From Bacillota bacterium (lineage in GTDB: Bacteria > Bacillota > JAAYKD01), in NCBI GenBank assembly GCA_963666425.2, contig OY762825.2, positions 2,656,001-2,720,000 on the forward strand: 64,000 bases of DNA. Reading direction: 5' to 3'. How positions within the stretch are numbered: position 1 is the stretch's first letter; every line of letters begins with the position of its first letter. Positions 48,366-62,485 of the stretch are shown in pieces. The position numbers and the translations under genes are program-made. The notes under the pieces are model-generated. The model saw only the letters and a program-made list of their open reading frames with translations. It was not told the origin of the DNA and did not search any database.

Positions 48366-49106
48366 ATGAATGAATTGGAATGTTTTCTCGTGACCGAAAT
48401 GAAAAGCCAGCATAGCCATGAGTATGCCCAAATTATCTTGCCGTTCTGTGCTCCTGTCGTCCTTCGTATTTATGACCAGACGTATGCGATCAGCGAACAC
48501 GAATTAGGATATGTACCACCGGGACAAGGGCATCAATGTACTTGTTCGCAGCCTTTAATCGTGATCAATCTTTCCTCCGCTCTGCTGCAAAGCGGTTTCT
48601 GCCGCACACTGACGAAACATACCATTTCCGCTATCCATCCTGAAATCGAACCAATTCTGCAGTTGATCAAAACTGAAATGGCAAGGGATGCCAACAGTCA
48701 TTCTATACAATATCTCTATTCTTATTTATATAATAAGCTTCTCGGCCAGATTACCACCGATTCCCTGTTTTACCTTAGCAATCATTTCGCCGAATCAATT
48801 TCTATTGCGGAATTAGCAGCCATTGAGAATTACAGCGTAACCTATTATAAGAAATGGTTTAAAAAACAAAATGATTTAACGCCGCAGCAATGGATTCGAC
48901 AGCTGCGTATCAAAAAAGCAAAAGAATTACTGGCTGCAACGAAATTTACGATTGTTGAGATTGCGGAGCAGGTTGGTTACGACAGTCACTCCGCTTTTTC
49001 CAGATCTTTTCGCGCACTCACCGGAATTTCGCCGCATGCCTACCGTATTTTGTGCCAAGCGCAACAGAAGGGAAAATCCCAGAATGCTGCAAAGCAGCAA
49101 CAATAA
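48366..49106 (+). CDS. AraC-family transcriptional regulator
   Basis: N-terminal cupin-like HSH.Y.Q; C-terminal double HTH (IAEQVGYDSHSAFSRSFR...GISP.AYR). Confidence 0.9.
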   Translation: MNELECFLVTEMKSQHSHEYAQIILPFCAPVVLRIYDQTYAISEHELGYVPPGQGHQCTCSQPLIVINLSSALLQSGFCRTLTKHTISAIHPEIEPILQLIKTEMARDANSHSIQYLYSYLYNKLLGQITTDSLFYLSNHFAESISIAELAAIENYSVTYYKKWFKKQNDLTPQQWIRQLRIKKAKELLAATKFTIVEIAEQVGYDSHSAFSRSFRALTGISPHAYRILCQAQQKGKSQNAAKQQQ

Positions 49107-49140
49107 GCAATCGATTTCGCCATTGGGTTCAGAGTAAACG

Positions 49141-49179
49141 AAAAAGGAAGGTAACGCTGTGCGCTGCCTTCCTTTTTTT
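49141..49179. terminator. Bidirectional terminator
   Basis: AAAAAGGAAGG...CCTTCCTTTTTT. Confidence 0.75.
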
Positions 49180-49217
49180 AGGAGAACTGATAGAATGCAA
49201 AATGAGCAATATTCCCT

Positions 49218-50561
49218 TTAACGAAGAATCATGAATATTTTTTTAATACTTGGCGGATTGCCTTTATAGAGTGACATCATCGTATAAAGTTTGCCGGCCA
49301 GCATCATCACCAAACCAGTCGTCAACATGATCACCGCAAACGACCCCATGGCTGCCCATAAGCTCATTTCCCCCATCAGAACGCGGCTGGGTACAATCAT
49401 GATGGCAGTGAAGGGGATCCAATTCAACCAAGTGATGTTTGTGAAACCTCCTGATGAGAAACCACCGCCAAAAGCCAAAACACAATAAAAGCTGATGACC
49501 AGCGTAAAGATAAACAGGAGATTGGTTGAGGACAAATCTTCCGGTTTGCTGGCGACGGCACCGCCGACCGCAGCCAAAGCGCAGTAAAGCAGGAAACCGC
49601 TGATCAAGACGAGTAGAGCAACGACGATAGCGGAGGCGGTAAACATACCGGAGAAAGCACCGAAGGAATCGAACAATTGAATGATGCCCATCGTGGTATT
49701 GGGATGCATAGCCTTAACCAAGAAGGTCCCGCAGGCAAAGCCACCGATCACGGAGAGCAGCCAAACTAAAAGCTGCATCAAACCGGAGAGGGCGATGGCA
49801 AAAACCTTACCAAAAACCATAGCAGTCGGTTGCACAGCGACCAAGAAAGTATCCATTAGCTTCGAAGTTTTTTCCATAATCACGCTGTTGGCGACCCCTT
49901 GCCCATAAGCTAGAATTAAAAAATAGAGCAGCATAATATTGAGATAAGGCAAAACATAAGATAAGACTGTTTTGGCTGCACTGACCGGTGCAACCGCAGG
50001 TGTTTGGCTCTCGGTTTTGATCTGCACTGTGATTGGTGTGGTTAATTCAAGAATCTGCGGCAGGCTGAGGCCGGATTTTTGGATCAGCACAGATTGAAAA
50101 TTGGCACTGAAAAAACGTTCAAAACCACGGGCATCTTGTTCGGTCAGCTTGGTTTGATCCGGCAAAAGCAGATGCAAAGCGAAGCCCGACGCACTCTTTT
50201 CCATCAGCAAAATCAAAACATTTCCATCCGAGCGCTGCGCAGCCTGATTGGCAGTGTTCAAATCCTCGTAATTGACGTAGACGAGATTTGCAAATTCAGC
50301 ATTGTCCAGGCTGTTCAGGAAAGTATAATCCAGTTTCGTGGTATTGCTGGCATCGACCACATAAACCTGTCTGACTGAAGAAACAGTCAATTGGTCAGAT
50401 TCGCTGCCGCTAAAGTAACTGACGGCGGTCATGCTGACGGCGGGAATTAGAAAGCAAAGCACTGCCAGCCCAATGGTCAAGAGTTTATAGGCTTTGCTTC
50501 TAATATGCTGGTTGAAAGTAAAGGAGAAAATGACAGGTAAACCTTTCAAAATATTCTTCAT
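49218..50561 (-). CDS. ABC-2 type permease (NatB/YhaP-like)
   Basis: TM helix, large extracellular loop, multi-TM region; SVIMEKTSKLMDTFL...P...VFGK. Confidence 0.85.
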   Translation of the reverse strand: MKNILKGLPVIFSFTFNQHIRSKAYKLLTIGLAVLCFLIPAVSMTAVSYFSGSESDQLTVSSVRQVYVVDASNTTKLDYTFLNSLDNAEFANLVYVNYEDLNTANQAAQRSDGNVLILLMEKSASGFALHLLLPDQTKLTEQDARGFERFFSANFQSVLIQKSGLSLPQILELTTPITVQIKTESQTPAVAPVSAAKTVLSYVLPYLNIMLLYFLILAYGQGVANSVIMEKTSKLMDTFLVAVQPTAMVFGKVFAIALSGLMQLLVWLLSVIGGFACGTFLVKAMHPNTTMGIIQLFDSFGAFSGMFTASAIVVALLVLISGFLLYCALAAVGGAVASKPEDLSSTNLLFIFTLVISFYCVLAFGGGFSSGGFTNITWLNWIPFTAIMIVPSRVLMGEMSLWAAMGSFAVIMLTTGLVMMLAGKLYTMMSLYKGNPPSIKKIFMILR

Positions 50562-50562
50562 T

Positions 50563-51894
50563 TCATTTACCAACCTTTACAGACATTTTATTGTTTTTAA
50601 TCATGCCCAGCATTTCCTTGAATTCTACCCGGCTGCCTTTGTGCAGCAGCAAATCCTGGTAAATGCTTGCGCAAAACCAAGCCAGAAAAGTTACGGTCAA
50701 CGCTTGTAAAAACCAGGAAAGCAGCAGAACCGCGAAGGAAATATTACCGCTGACAAAAGCAACCGGGGCGCAGAAAACAGCGACGATGGGGAAGAGGGAG
50801 GTGATGATACTGACCGCGCTGTTATCAAAGGGAACAGCAATGATGGAAATCAGGTAGCCTGCCATGACAATCAGCGTCGTCAGCTGACTGGCAGAATCCA
50901 CATCTTCCATAGAAGAACAGCTGGTGCCGGCGATGCCGGCGATCAACGAAAAGGTTAAGTAACCAAGCATTAAAGAGACCAAAACGATGACGATTGTAAA
51001 CCAGCCAATGTTGAGCAGGGCAGAGGAAAAGCCAAGGCTAAGTAACATCGTCTGGATGATGGAAACATCGGCAAAATAGCCGGTCAGCCAGTAAGAAAGC
51101 AGAAAACCACCGCCAAGCCCAAGGATCATGCCGAAAACATAGGTCATAACAGCCAGAATTTTACCTGCAATCATGGCCAGCGGCTTGATGCTGATCATCA
51201 ACAGCTCGACCAATTTTGAGGCTTTTTCTTCGATGACGGTGCGGATAATATAAATTGAAGAAGTAAGGCAGAGAATCATCACGAGAATGGCATAAACATA
51301 TTGAATCAGGAATTTTGCATCCGCACCAAGCGATTGATGTGGATGGAGATACTCGTCAACACTGCTGATGCCGCTGCTGTAGTTCGACATCACCACACCA
51401 AATTGCTCTGCTGTAACACCCAGACCTGACAACCGTGCTTGGTTGAACTGATTGGAAATCAGAGCTGTCACTTGGGAAATTTCACTATTGCTCAGTACGC
51501 TCGCACCCGATGAAAAAACATCAATGGCGTAAGTTTGGTTGGCAGGGTAGAGATGGAGGAATAATCCCTCTGCCGTGAGCTGATCCGAATAATTCTCAGG
51601 AGCAACATCAACTGCTGTAAAGGTCACATCAGCAAACTGCGGATTCTGTTGTGCAGCCTTTTCTAACTGCAAGGGATACTCGGTTTCATTGAGAAGATAG
51701 ACTTTGCTCAGATTCGTGGTTTGTATGCTTTCAGCAGAATTGCCTTTGAATAAAACCAGCAGCGGGACACTGACCAGAACCAGCAGCAGCATGATCGCTA
51801 ACGTAATGAGATTGGCTTTGCTTTTGGCATATTGCCTTAAGGTGAAAGAATAAACCTTGCCGATGCCGGTAAAGTCATTCTTATTCAGTTTCAT
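50563..51894 (-). CDS. ABC-2 type permease (NatB/YhaP-like)
   Basis: Same architecture; VIEEKASKLVELLMISIKP...GK. Confidence 0.85.
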   Translation of the reverse strand: MKLNKNDFTGIGKVYSFTLRQYAKSKANLITLAIMLLLVLVSVPLLVLFKGNSAESIQTTNLSKVYLLNETEYPLQLEKAAQQNPQFADVTFTAVDVAPENYSDQLTAEGLFLHLYPANQTYAIDVFSSGASVLSNSEISQVTALISNQFNQARLSGLGVTAEQFGVVMSNYSSGISSVDEYLHPHQSLGADAKFLIQYVYAILVMILCLTSSIYIIRTVIEEKASKLVELLMISIKPLAMIAGKILAVMTYVFGMILGLGGGFLLSYWLTGYFADVSIIQTMLLSLGFSSALLNIGWFTIVIVLVSLMLGYLTFSLIAGIAGTSCSSMEDVDSASQLTTLIVMAGYLISIIAVPFDNSAVSIITSLFPIVAVFCAPVAFVSGNISFAVLLLSWFLQALTVTFLAWFCASIYQDLLLHKGSRVEFKEMLGMIKNNKMSVKVGK

Positions 51895-52876
51895 TGGATT
51901 CACCTACTACTTTCACGAAAATCTCATGCAGCGAAGGTTCGCGCAGATCAAAGGTGATAATACTGATATGCTTGGCAATCAGCATCGTAAGCAGCAGATT
52001 GGCCTGCTCCTCTCCGCTTACTTTCAGTTGATATTCAAATTCCTTTTCTGCAATCAGCTGAACTGCTGCCGCGTCAATCAGTTCCGAGATATCCTGCTCA
52101 ACTTTCAGCGTGAGATTCACTCTGCCGTAACTCTTTTTAATTTCATTCAGATGTCCCTGTAAGATGACTTTGCTGCGGTCAAGGATGGTCAGGTCGGTAC
52201 AGAATTCCTCCACCGTGGCCATTTGATGGCTGGACATGATCAGATATTTGCCCTTATCTATTTCATCACGGATGATATTGCGGAACAAATCGGTATTGAT
52301 CGGGTCGAGACCGGATAAAGGTTCGTCCAGGATAATCAATTCCGGATCGGAAATCAATGCCGTCATAAATTGAATTTTCTGTTGATTGCCTTTGGAAAGC
52401 TGATCTGCCAATTTTGGCGGAGTCATTTTTCTGCGTTTACCGCCAAAACCAAAGCCTGCTCTCTTGCCGGTGGAGCTGGCTGGGCTTCCATTCGCATAGC
52501 TGGGGTATAAGTACTCCGTCACTTCCAACCGCTCTGCCCAATCGCTGATGCGCTTTTTTGCTTCCGCTGTCGGCACATTGCGCAGTCTGGCAAAATAGAT
52601 GAGTTGGTCCATCAAAGCATATTTGGGATAAAGACCGCGCTCTTCCGCCAGATAACCGACATTGCAGGTAGCGGTATCCAAGGGCTGATTGTTCCAAAGC
52701 ACCTCGCCGCTGTCCCGGGAAAGCATACCCAGCATCATCCGGATCGCAGTTGTTTTACCGGCGCCGTTTGTACCAAGCAGCGCATAGACACCTGGTTTTG
52801 TCATTTGAAAACTCAAACGATCCACCACGGTCTTTTCTTCATATTTCTTGGTTAAATTCGAGACGATTAAGCTCAT
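51881..52876 (-). CDS. ABC transporter ATP-binding subunit (YhaQ-like)
   Basis: GTNGAGKT, GYLAEERGLY, LSKGNQQK, ILDEPLSGLDP, SSH. Confidence 0.9.
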   Translation of the reverse strand: MSLIVSNLTKKYEEKTVVDRLSFQMTKPGVYALLGTNGAGKTTAIRMMLGMLSRDSGEVLWNNQPLDTATCNVGYLAEERGLYPKYALMDQLIYFARLRNVPTAEAKKRISDWAERLEVTEYLYPSYANGSPASSTGKRAGFGFGGKRRKMTPPKLADQLSKGNQQKIQFMTALISDPELIILDEPLSGLDPINTDLFRNIIRDEIDKGKYLIMSSHQMATVEEFCTDLTILDRSKVILQGHLNEIKKSYGRVNLTLKVEQDISELIDAAAVQLIAEKEFEYQLKVSGEEQANLLLTMLIAKHISIITFDLREPSLHEIFVKVVGESNETE

Positions 52877-53053
52877 TTTTGTTTGTTCTCCTCTTTTGTT
52901 AGAAAATGAGATTGATTTAGGATGAATAACGGAATTGATTATAACATGAATGTTAGAGAAATAAAACTCACCGGAGCCAGCTGAGAAATAGTGACATTTT
53001 GCCTTAAGAAATGACTGCTTACTAAATAATGGTAAAAAAAGGGACGAAATGCG

Positions 53054-53109
53054 ATAAAAAACTGCTCTTCTTGATTTAAGCGAACGATCAAGAAGAGCAG
53101 GTTTTTTAT
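53054..53109 (-). terminator. Terminator after the M20 hydrolase
   Basis: AAAAACTGCTCTTCTTGAT...ATCAAGAAGAGCAGGTTTTT. Confidence 0.75.
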
Positions 53110-53192
53110 CTGGGAAACGGTTAATCAGCGCGTTTGCTTATGGATTGCCCGCTGATACGCCAAGATAATGTATGAAAATGCGTAAAATCGAT

Positions 53193-54611
53193 TTACCAAA
53201 TTTCCGGTTTTGCATCACGCGGCAAAGCGTTGGGATAGGTTTCCCCGTCGAGATCGACGAGCCAGGCCGCTTTCGCCTCTTGGATCAATTTTGGATTGGT
53301 CAGGAAATCATAAGCGGCAGCCGCCATGATTTTTGCTGCCAGCAACATTCCCTTATGCGCGACGGAACTCTTACCCTGGGCAACGGTTTGCCAGGCATGA
53401 CCCGGCGTTCCGGCAGCTAAGGTAACGGCGCTGAATTGACCGGTTGGCACAACCCAAGAGACATCACCAACATCGGTTGAACCTTTGCTGGCGCCTTTAT
53501 GTTCTATTTTGAAATCGAAAAGCGGTTTTTCCAGCAATTTGGCGGCATCGTGACCGGCGATCTGCTTTGCTTCGGCTTTCAAATTATTACGGTCGAGATC
53601 GGTAATCACCGCCTGGAAGGCTTTGGCATAAGCCAATTCTTCTGCTGTATAACCAACCGGCAAGAAGGCGTCCATATGCTCGGAAAGGCGGCTGTTGATC
53701 ACGTCGTTGGCAATGTAATCGGAGTAAGCGGCTACCTGCCGGATATCAACGGTCGTTTCTGTAATCAAGGCGGCCCCGCGTGCCACATTGCAGACGCGTT
53801 CATACAGTTCCATAACCTGGGTGACTTTGGGTGCACGGATAGCGTAGAGCACCTGGGCTTCCGATTGAACGACATTGGGCGCCGTGCCGCCGGTATTAAT
53901 GATAGCATAATGAATGCGCGCTTCGTCGATCATATGTTCACGCATATAATTGACGCCGACATCCATAATTTCCACGGCATCCAAAGCGCTGCGGCCCAGG
54001 TGAGGTGCACCGGCAGCATGGGCGGATTTGCCATGGAAGGTGAAAAAGACGCGGAAATTGGCCAGCGAACCGGTAGGTGTCACACCATTGATGCTGCCGG
54101 GATGCCAGGTAATTGCAATATCGCAGTCTTTGAAGCAACCGTCGCGGACCAAAAAGGCTTTGCCTCCGGCGTTTTCTTCGGCAGGGCAGCCATAATAACG
54201 AATGGTACCGGCTAATTTCTGCTTTTCCATATATTCTTTCAGGGCAACCGCAGCAGCCAAAGAAGCAGTACCCAAGAGATTATGCCCGCAGCCATGACCA
54301 TCCTTACCCGGTACGATCGGCGTGTGCACCGTATTGTCTGCTTCCTGAGAAAGACCGGAAAGAGCATCAAACTCTCCAAGCAGGGCGATGACCGGTGTAC
54401 CGCTGCCGAATTCAGCTAAAATTGCCGTATCCTCACCGGCTAAACCTTGGGTAACACGAAACCCCTGTGCTGTTAGATACTGCGCCTGCAGCTGAGATGA
54501 CTTTACTTCTTGGAATCTGGATTCGGCAAACCCCCAAATTTCATCACTGATATGGCAGAATGCATCCTTTTTAGCGTTGATTAATTGCGCCAGATCTTCA
54601 CGGTAACTCAT
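53193..54611 (-). CDS. M20 amidohydrolase, AbgB (p-aminobenzoyl-glutamate hydrolase B)-like
   Basis: GEFDALSGLSQ, GHGCGHNLLG, GCPAEE, WHP, PHLGRSALDA, GSTDVGDVSW. Confidence 0.85.
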   Translation of the reverse strand: MSYREDLAQLINAKKDAFCHISDEIWGFAESRFQEVKSSQLQAQYLTAQGFRVTQGLAGEDTAILAEFGSGTPVIALLGEFDALSGLSQEADNTVHTPIVPGKDGHGCGHNLLGTASLAAAVALKEYMEKQKLAGTIRYYGCPAEENAGGKAFLVRDGCFKDCDIAITWHPGSINGVTPTGSLANFRVFFTFHGKSAHAAGAPHLGRSALDAVEIMDVGVNYMREHMIDEARIHYAIINTGGTAPNVVQSEAQVLYAIRAPKVTQVMELYERVCNVARGAALITETTVDIRQVAAYSDYIANDVINSRLSEHMDAFLPVGYTAEELAYAKAFQAVITDLDRNNLKAEAKQIAGHDAAKLLEKPLFDFKIEHKGASKGSTDVGDVSWVVPTGQFSAVTLAAGTPGHAWQTVAQGKSSVAHKGMLLAAKIMAAAAYDFLTNPKLIQEAKAAWLVDLDGETYPNALPRDAKPEIW

Positions 54612-54791
54612 ACGATTCCTCCTCCATAAAAACTCTCTTCTTGACTCTATCCAGTATAACCACTCCAGCGAAAAAAATCAATCTGCCTTTCTTTTTTTGC
54701 ACAGATATGATATGATAATCAAAAAAGTTGGTAGATTAAAACATACAGGCTGTCTCATCCATTGAGGCAGCTTTTCTAAGCGGGTGAAAAA

Positions 54792-55787
54792 ATGCAGATA
54801 GCACAATATCATTTTCCCAATCCTGTAGTTCTCGCTCCCATGGCCGGAGTGACCGACCTGGTGTTTCGGCGCATCTGCAAAGAGATGGGCTGCGCTTTGA
54901 GTGTAACTGAAATGATCAGCGATAAAGGTTTGATCTATTCGCAAAGAGCTACCCTGAAGATCGCTGAAATCAGTGAACCCGGCTTTGTTGCGGTGCAGTT
55001 ATTCGGTTCGGAAGTGGAGCCGATGATTCAGGCAGTGGAAATCATCAATCGGATGCAGCCGCATCTGATCGATCTGAATATGGGCTGTCCGGCACCGAAA
55101 ATCGTCAGAAATGGAGAAGGTTCCGCCCTGATGCAGAAACCGGCCCTGGCGTCTGAAATTATGGCCGCAGTCGTTCAGCATGCCGCGGTACCTGTCACGG
55201 TGAAAATGCGGCTTGGCTGGGATGCTCAAAACATCAACTGCCTGGAGATGGCCAAACGAGCCGAAGCAGCCGGCATCGCAGCCATTACACTGCATGCCAG
55301 AACCAGAGATCAGTATTATGGCGGCAAAGCAGACTGGGCTTACATTAAGCAGATGAAAGAAACCGTCTCGATTCCTGTGATCGGCAATGGGGATATCTGG
55401 CAGCCGGAAGATGCGGCGCGTATGCTGAGCCAAACCGGTGCCGATGGCGTGATGATCGGACGCGGTATTTTAGGTAATCCCTGGTTGATTCGCAATACGG
55501 TGGCCTTACTGACCAGCGGCCAAACTTTGAGTATTCCCAGTTACCGCGAGCGAATTCAAATGGCGATCCGGCACCTGTATGAATTGGTTGCCTACAAAGG
55601 AGAACATATCGGCGTGCGTGAAATGCGGAAACACGGAGCATGGTATTTAAAAAGCCTGCGCGGCGCTTCCGGGATCCGGATTTTGCTGAACGGCGCCAAA
55701 TCAGTCGAGGAAATGGAACGGATTTTACTGACCTATCAGAGAGAGTTGGCCGGGCTGCCGGAGGATCAGATCCTAGAATCCTGTTGA
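54792..55787 (+). CDS. dusB: tRNA-dihydrouridine synthase B
   Basis: LAPMAGVTD, QLFG, DLNMGCP, PVTVKMR, HART, GNGDI, MIGRG.LGNPW. Confidence 0.93.
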   Translation: MQIAQYHFPNPVVLAPMAGVTDLVFRRICKEMGCALSVTEMISDKGLIYSQRATLKIAEISEPGFVAVQLFGSEVEPMIQAVEIINRMQPHLIDLNMGCPAPKIVRNGEGSALMQKPALASEIMAAVVQHAAVPVTVKMRLGWDAQNINCLEMAKRAEAAGIAAITLHARTRDQYYGGKADWAYIKQMKETVSIPVIGNGDIWQPEDAARMLSQTGADGVMIGRGILGNPWLIRNTVALLTSGQTLSIPSYRERIQMAIRHLYELVAYKGEHIGVREMRKHGAWYLKSLRGASGIRILLNGAKSVEEMERILLTYQRELAGLPEDQILESC

Positions 55788-55812
55788 CAGTTTTACCAAA
55801 ATAGCCTATACT
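55784..55812 (+). promoter_or_regulatory. sigma-A promoter of greA overlapping the dusB stop
   Basis: TTGACA-N17-TATACT. Confidence 0.7.
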
Positions 55813-55860
55813 AAATGCGTTCTATGCTGAATAGACGACATAATTTATGAGGTGACAGGA

Positions 55861-56337
55861 ATGATCGATCAACCGGTATATTTGACAGCGGACGGCTTAA
55901 AGAAAAACGAAGAACGGTTAGAATATTTAAAAGCGGTAAAACGCAGTGAAATCGCTGAGCGGATAAAGCAAGCCAAAGAATATGGTGATTTGAGTGAAAA
56001 CTCTGAATATGATGACGCCAAAAACGAACAAGCTTTCGTGGAAGGTGAAATTCAGAATCTGGAGAGAATGCTGCGCAACGCGGTTGTGATCAAAGATGAC
56101 GGCATTGACCAGGGTATTATCAACGTCGGTGCCACTGTGACCGTGCACGATGAGGAATATGGCGACGAGTTTACCTATACGATTGTGGGCACTGCCGAGG
56201 CTGATCCTTTTGTAAATAAAATCTCCAACGAATCTCCTTTGGGCAGAGCCTTGCTGAACAGGAAAGTCAGCGATATTGTGGAAGTTCCCCTGCCGATTGG
56301 CAGTGCGAAGTATAAAATCCTGAATATCAGCCGCTAA
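55861..56337 (+). CDS. greA: Transcription elongation factor GreA
   Basis: [17 protein letters not shown]...[11 protein letters not shown]. Confidence 0.96.
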   Translation: MIDQPVYLTADGLKKNEERLEYLKAVKRSEIAERIKQAKEYGDLSENSEYDDAKNEQAFVEGEIQNLERMLRNAVVIKDDGIDQGIINVGATVTVHDEEYGDEFTYTIVGTAEADPFVNKISNESPLGRALLNRKVSDIVEVPLPIGSAKYKILNISR

Positions 56338-56353
56338 ATCAGCTTACCACTTC

Positions 56354-56391
56354 AAAAAACAAACCTCTTTTCAGAGGTTTGTTTTTATTTT
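56354..56391 (+). terminator. Intrinsic terminator after greA
   Basis: AAAAACAAACCTC-TTTTCA-GAGGTTTGTTTTT. Confidence 0.8.
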
Positions 56392-56445
56392 TCGTGTGTA
56401 GAATTAAATTCTTTGCGAAACATCAAATTCTCAAGCATTTTTGAG

Positions 56446-56474
56446 TTGACAAAGGAATTTTGCTATGCTATTAT
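56446..56474 (+). promoter_or_regulatory. rrn operon sigma-A promoter
   Basis: TTGACA-N17-TATTAT with an extended TG and an AT-rich upstream region. Confidence 0.8.
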
Positions 56475-56732
56475 ATCAAAGCACTCACGGAACAAGAGTA
56501 AACCGGAACGTGAGGACACAGATCCTTGAGAACTAAACAGCGAAAGAAAAAAGACGAAGATAACAAGAACCGGTCAATTCAAAAACGAGTGACCGAAGAG
56601 GACTTGTCATGTGCGTGACAAGAAATCGAAGGGGTTACAAAAAAGTCATATCGCAAGATATGCAAAAAGAAGCCAGTAGTCGAAAGACGAAAATTTCGTA
56701 AATAAGAGCTAGATTAGCTCTGCAATAGAAAA

Positions 56733-58249
<1,517 letters not shown>

Positions 58250-58366
58250 GGGAGCACTTTCATTAAGAAGGTAACTTCTAAGATCGATACCGGATCCGCT
58301 TCGTCAGTCAATCAATCGCTGTTTAGTTCTCAGGGATCAAACCCTGAATTTTTTTAAGAAAAACAG

Positions 58367-58445
<79 letters not shown>

Positions 58446-58472
58446 GAAGATTTGTGGAAAAAGAATAGAGTC

Positions 58473-58548
58473 GGGGGTGTAGCTCAGCTGGGAGAGCACC
58501 TGCCTTGCAAGCAGGGGGTCAGCGGTTCGATCCCGCTCATCTCCACCA
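58473..58548 (+). tRNA. tRNA-Ala (UGC)
   Basis: G3:U70 pair, CTTGCAA anticodon loop, encoded CCA. Confidence 0.97.
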
Positions 58549-58761
58549 ACAAACCTTCACCAAAAGAGAGACACTTGCACCTTGAAAATTGCATAGAGAA
58601 GAAAGATAGCAAATCTTTTAAAACAGTAAGTAAAACAAACGAAGGATTTATGAAAAGTCGTAGGAAGTAAATTAAAAAGTGAAGGGAACAACTTCACTGA
58701 AAGAATAAAACCCGGCATGGCGACATGGTGGGAATAAAACTTTCGCGCAAAGTAGAGAAAA

Positions 58762-61735
<2,974 letters not shown>

Positions 61736-61884
61736 AACGGCTTTGCGAAAAGCAAGTGAGGTTGTAAGCCCGACGCAAAAAGAAATACAAGATGACGGCA
61801 GAGTAATGAATCTAGACGAATGAAAGACAAATACTGACTTCTCTATGCAATTTTCAGGGTGTGGGAGACCACATTCTTGAATAG

Positions 61885-62001
61885 TCCGGTGGCGATAGCG
61901 GAAGGGATCCACCCGTTCCCATCCCGAACACGGCCGTTAAGCCTTCCCACGCCGATGGTACTCGAAGGGCAACCTTCCGGGAGAGTAGGTAACTGCCGGG
62001 C
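61885..62001 (+). rRNA. rrf: 5S rRNA
   Basis: TCCGGTGGCGATAGCG...CACCCGTTCCCATCCCGAACACGG...GCCGATGGTACT...GAGAGTAGG...CTGCCGG. Confidence 0.97.
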
Positions 62002-62005
62002 AAAC

Positions 62006-62052
62006 AACAAAAGAAAGCATTCATGTGTAAGCTTGGATGCTTTCTTTTGTTA
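62006..62052 (+). terminator. rrn terminator
   Basis: ACAAAAGAAAGCAT...ATGCTTTCTTTTGT. Confidence 0.8.
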
Positions 62053-62100
62053 TGTACGCGGGGGAGAACGAGAATACGAATGGTGAGGTTTGCAAACGAA

Positions 62101-62485
62101 CACCGGCAGTATCCTTCCGGCGTCTCATGCGCGAGCGCATAGGCCGCCTGCAGGACACCGCCGGCGTTCTGAACGGCAGGCTGATGGAGATTGAGGAGCA
62201 TGAGAGCTGGGGACGGGGTGAATGAGTGAATGTAGGGCGGTGTACAAACACTGGCAGTATCCTTCCGGCGTCTCATGCGCGAGCGCATAGGCCGCCTACA
62301 GGACACCGCCGGCGTTCTGAGCGGGAGACTGATGGAGATTGAGGAGCATGAGGGCTGGAGACGGGGTGAATGAGTGAATGTAGGGTGGTGTACAAACACC
62401 GGCAGTATCCTTCCGGTGTCTCATGCGCGAGCGCATAGGTCGCCTACAGGACACCGCCGGTGTTCTGAGCGGAGTGCTGATGATT
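62101..62485. repeat. Tandem array of ~2.6 copies of a 148-bp palindrome-containing unit (REP/BIME-like)
   Basis: Units start at 62101, 62249 and 62397 (period 148); each holds a ~62-nt imperfect hairpin centred on ATGCGC-GA-GCGCAT. Confidence 0.9.

Noticed and set aside
46407-54611. Genomic island integrated at selC
   Set aside because: Strand orientation switches, but I found no integrase, no duplicated tRNA 3' end and no clear compositional break.
54746-54777. Terminator-like hairpin in the dusB leader as a riboswitch platform
   Set aside because: There is no recognisable aptamer, the leader is short and the promoter position is uncertain; too little evidence to call.
55779-55814. dusB ends in Cys-TGA, resembling a C-terminal Cys-Sec motif
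   Set aside because: No SECIS-like hairpin follows, the tail lies outside the conserved Dus domain, and the TGA is part of the greA -35 box (TTGACA).
62101-62485. CRISPR array
   Set aside because: The whole 148-bp unit repeats with no unique spacers, the unit is too long, and there are no cas genes in the window.
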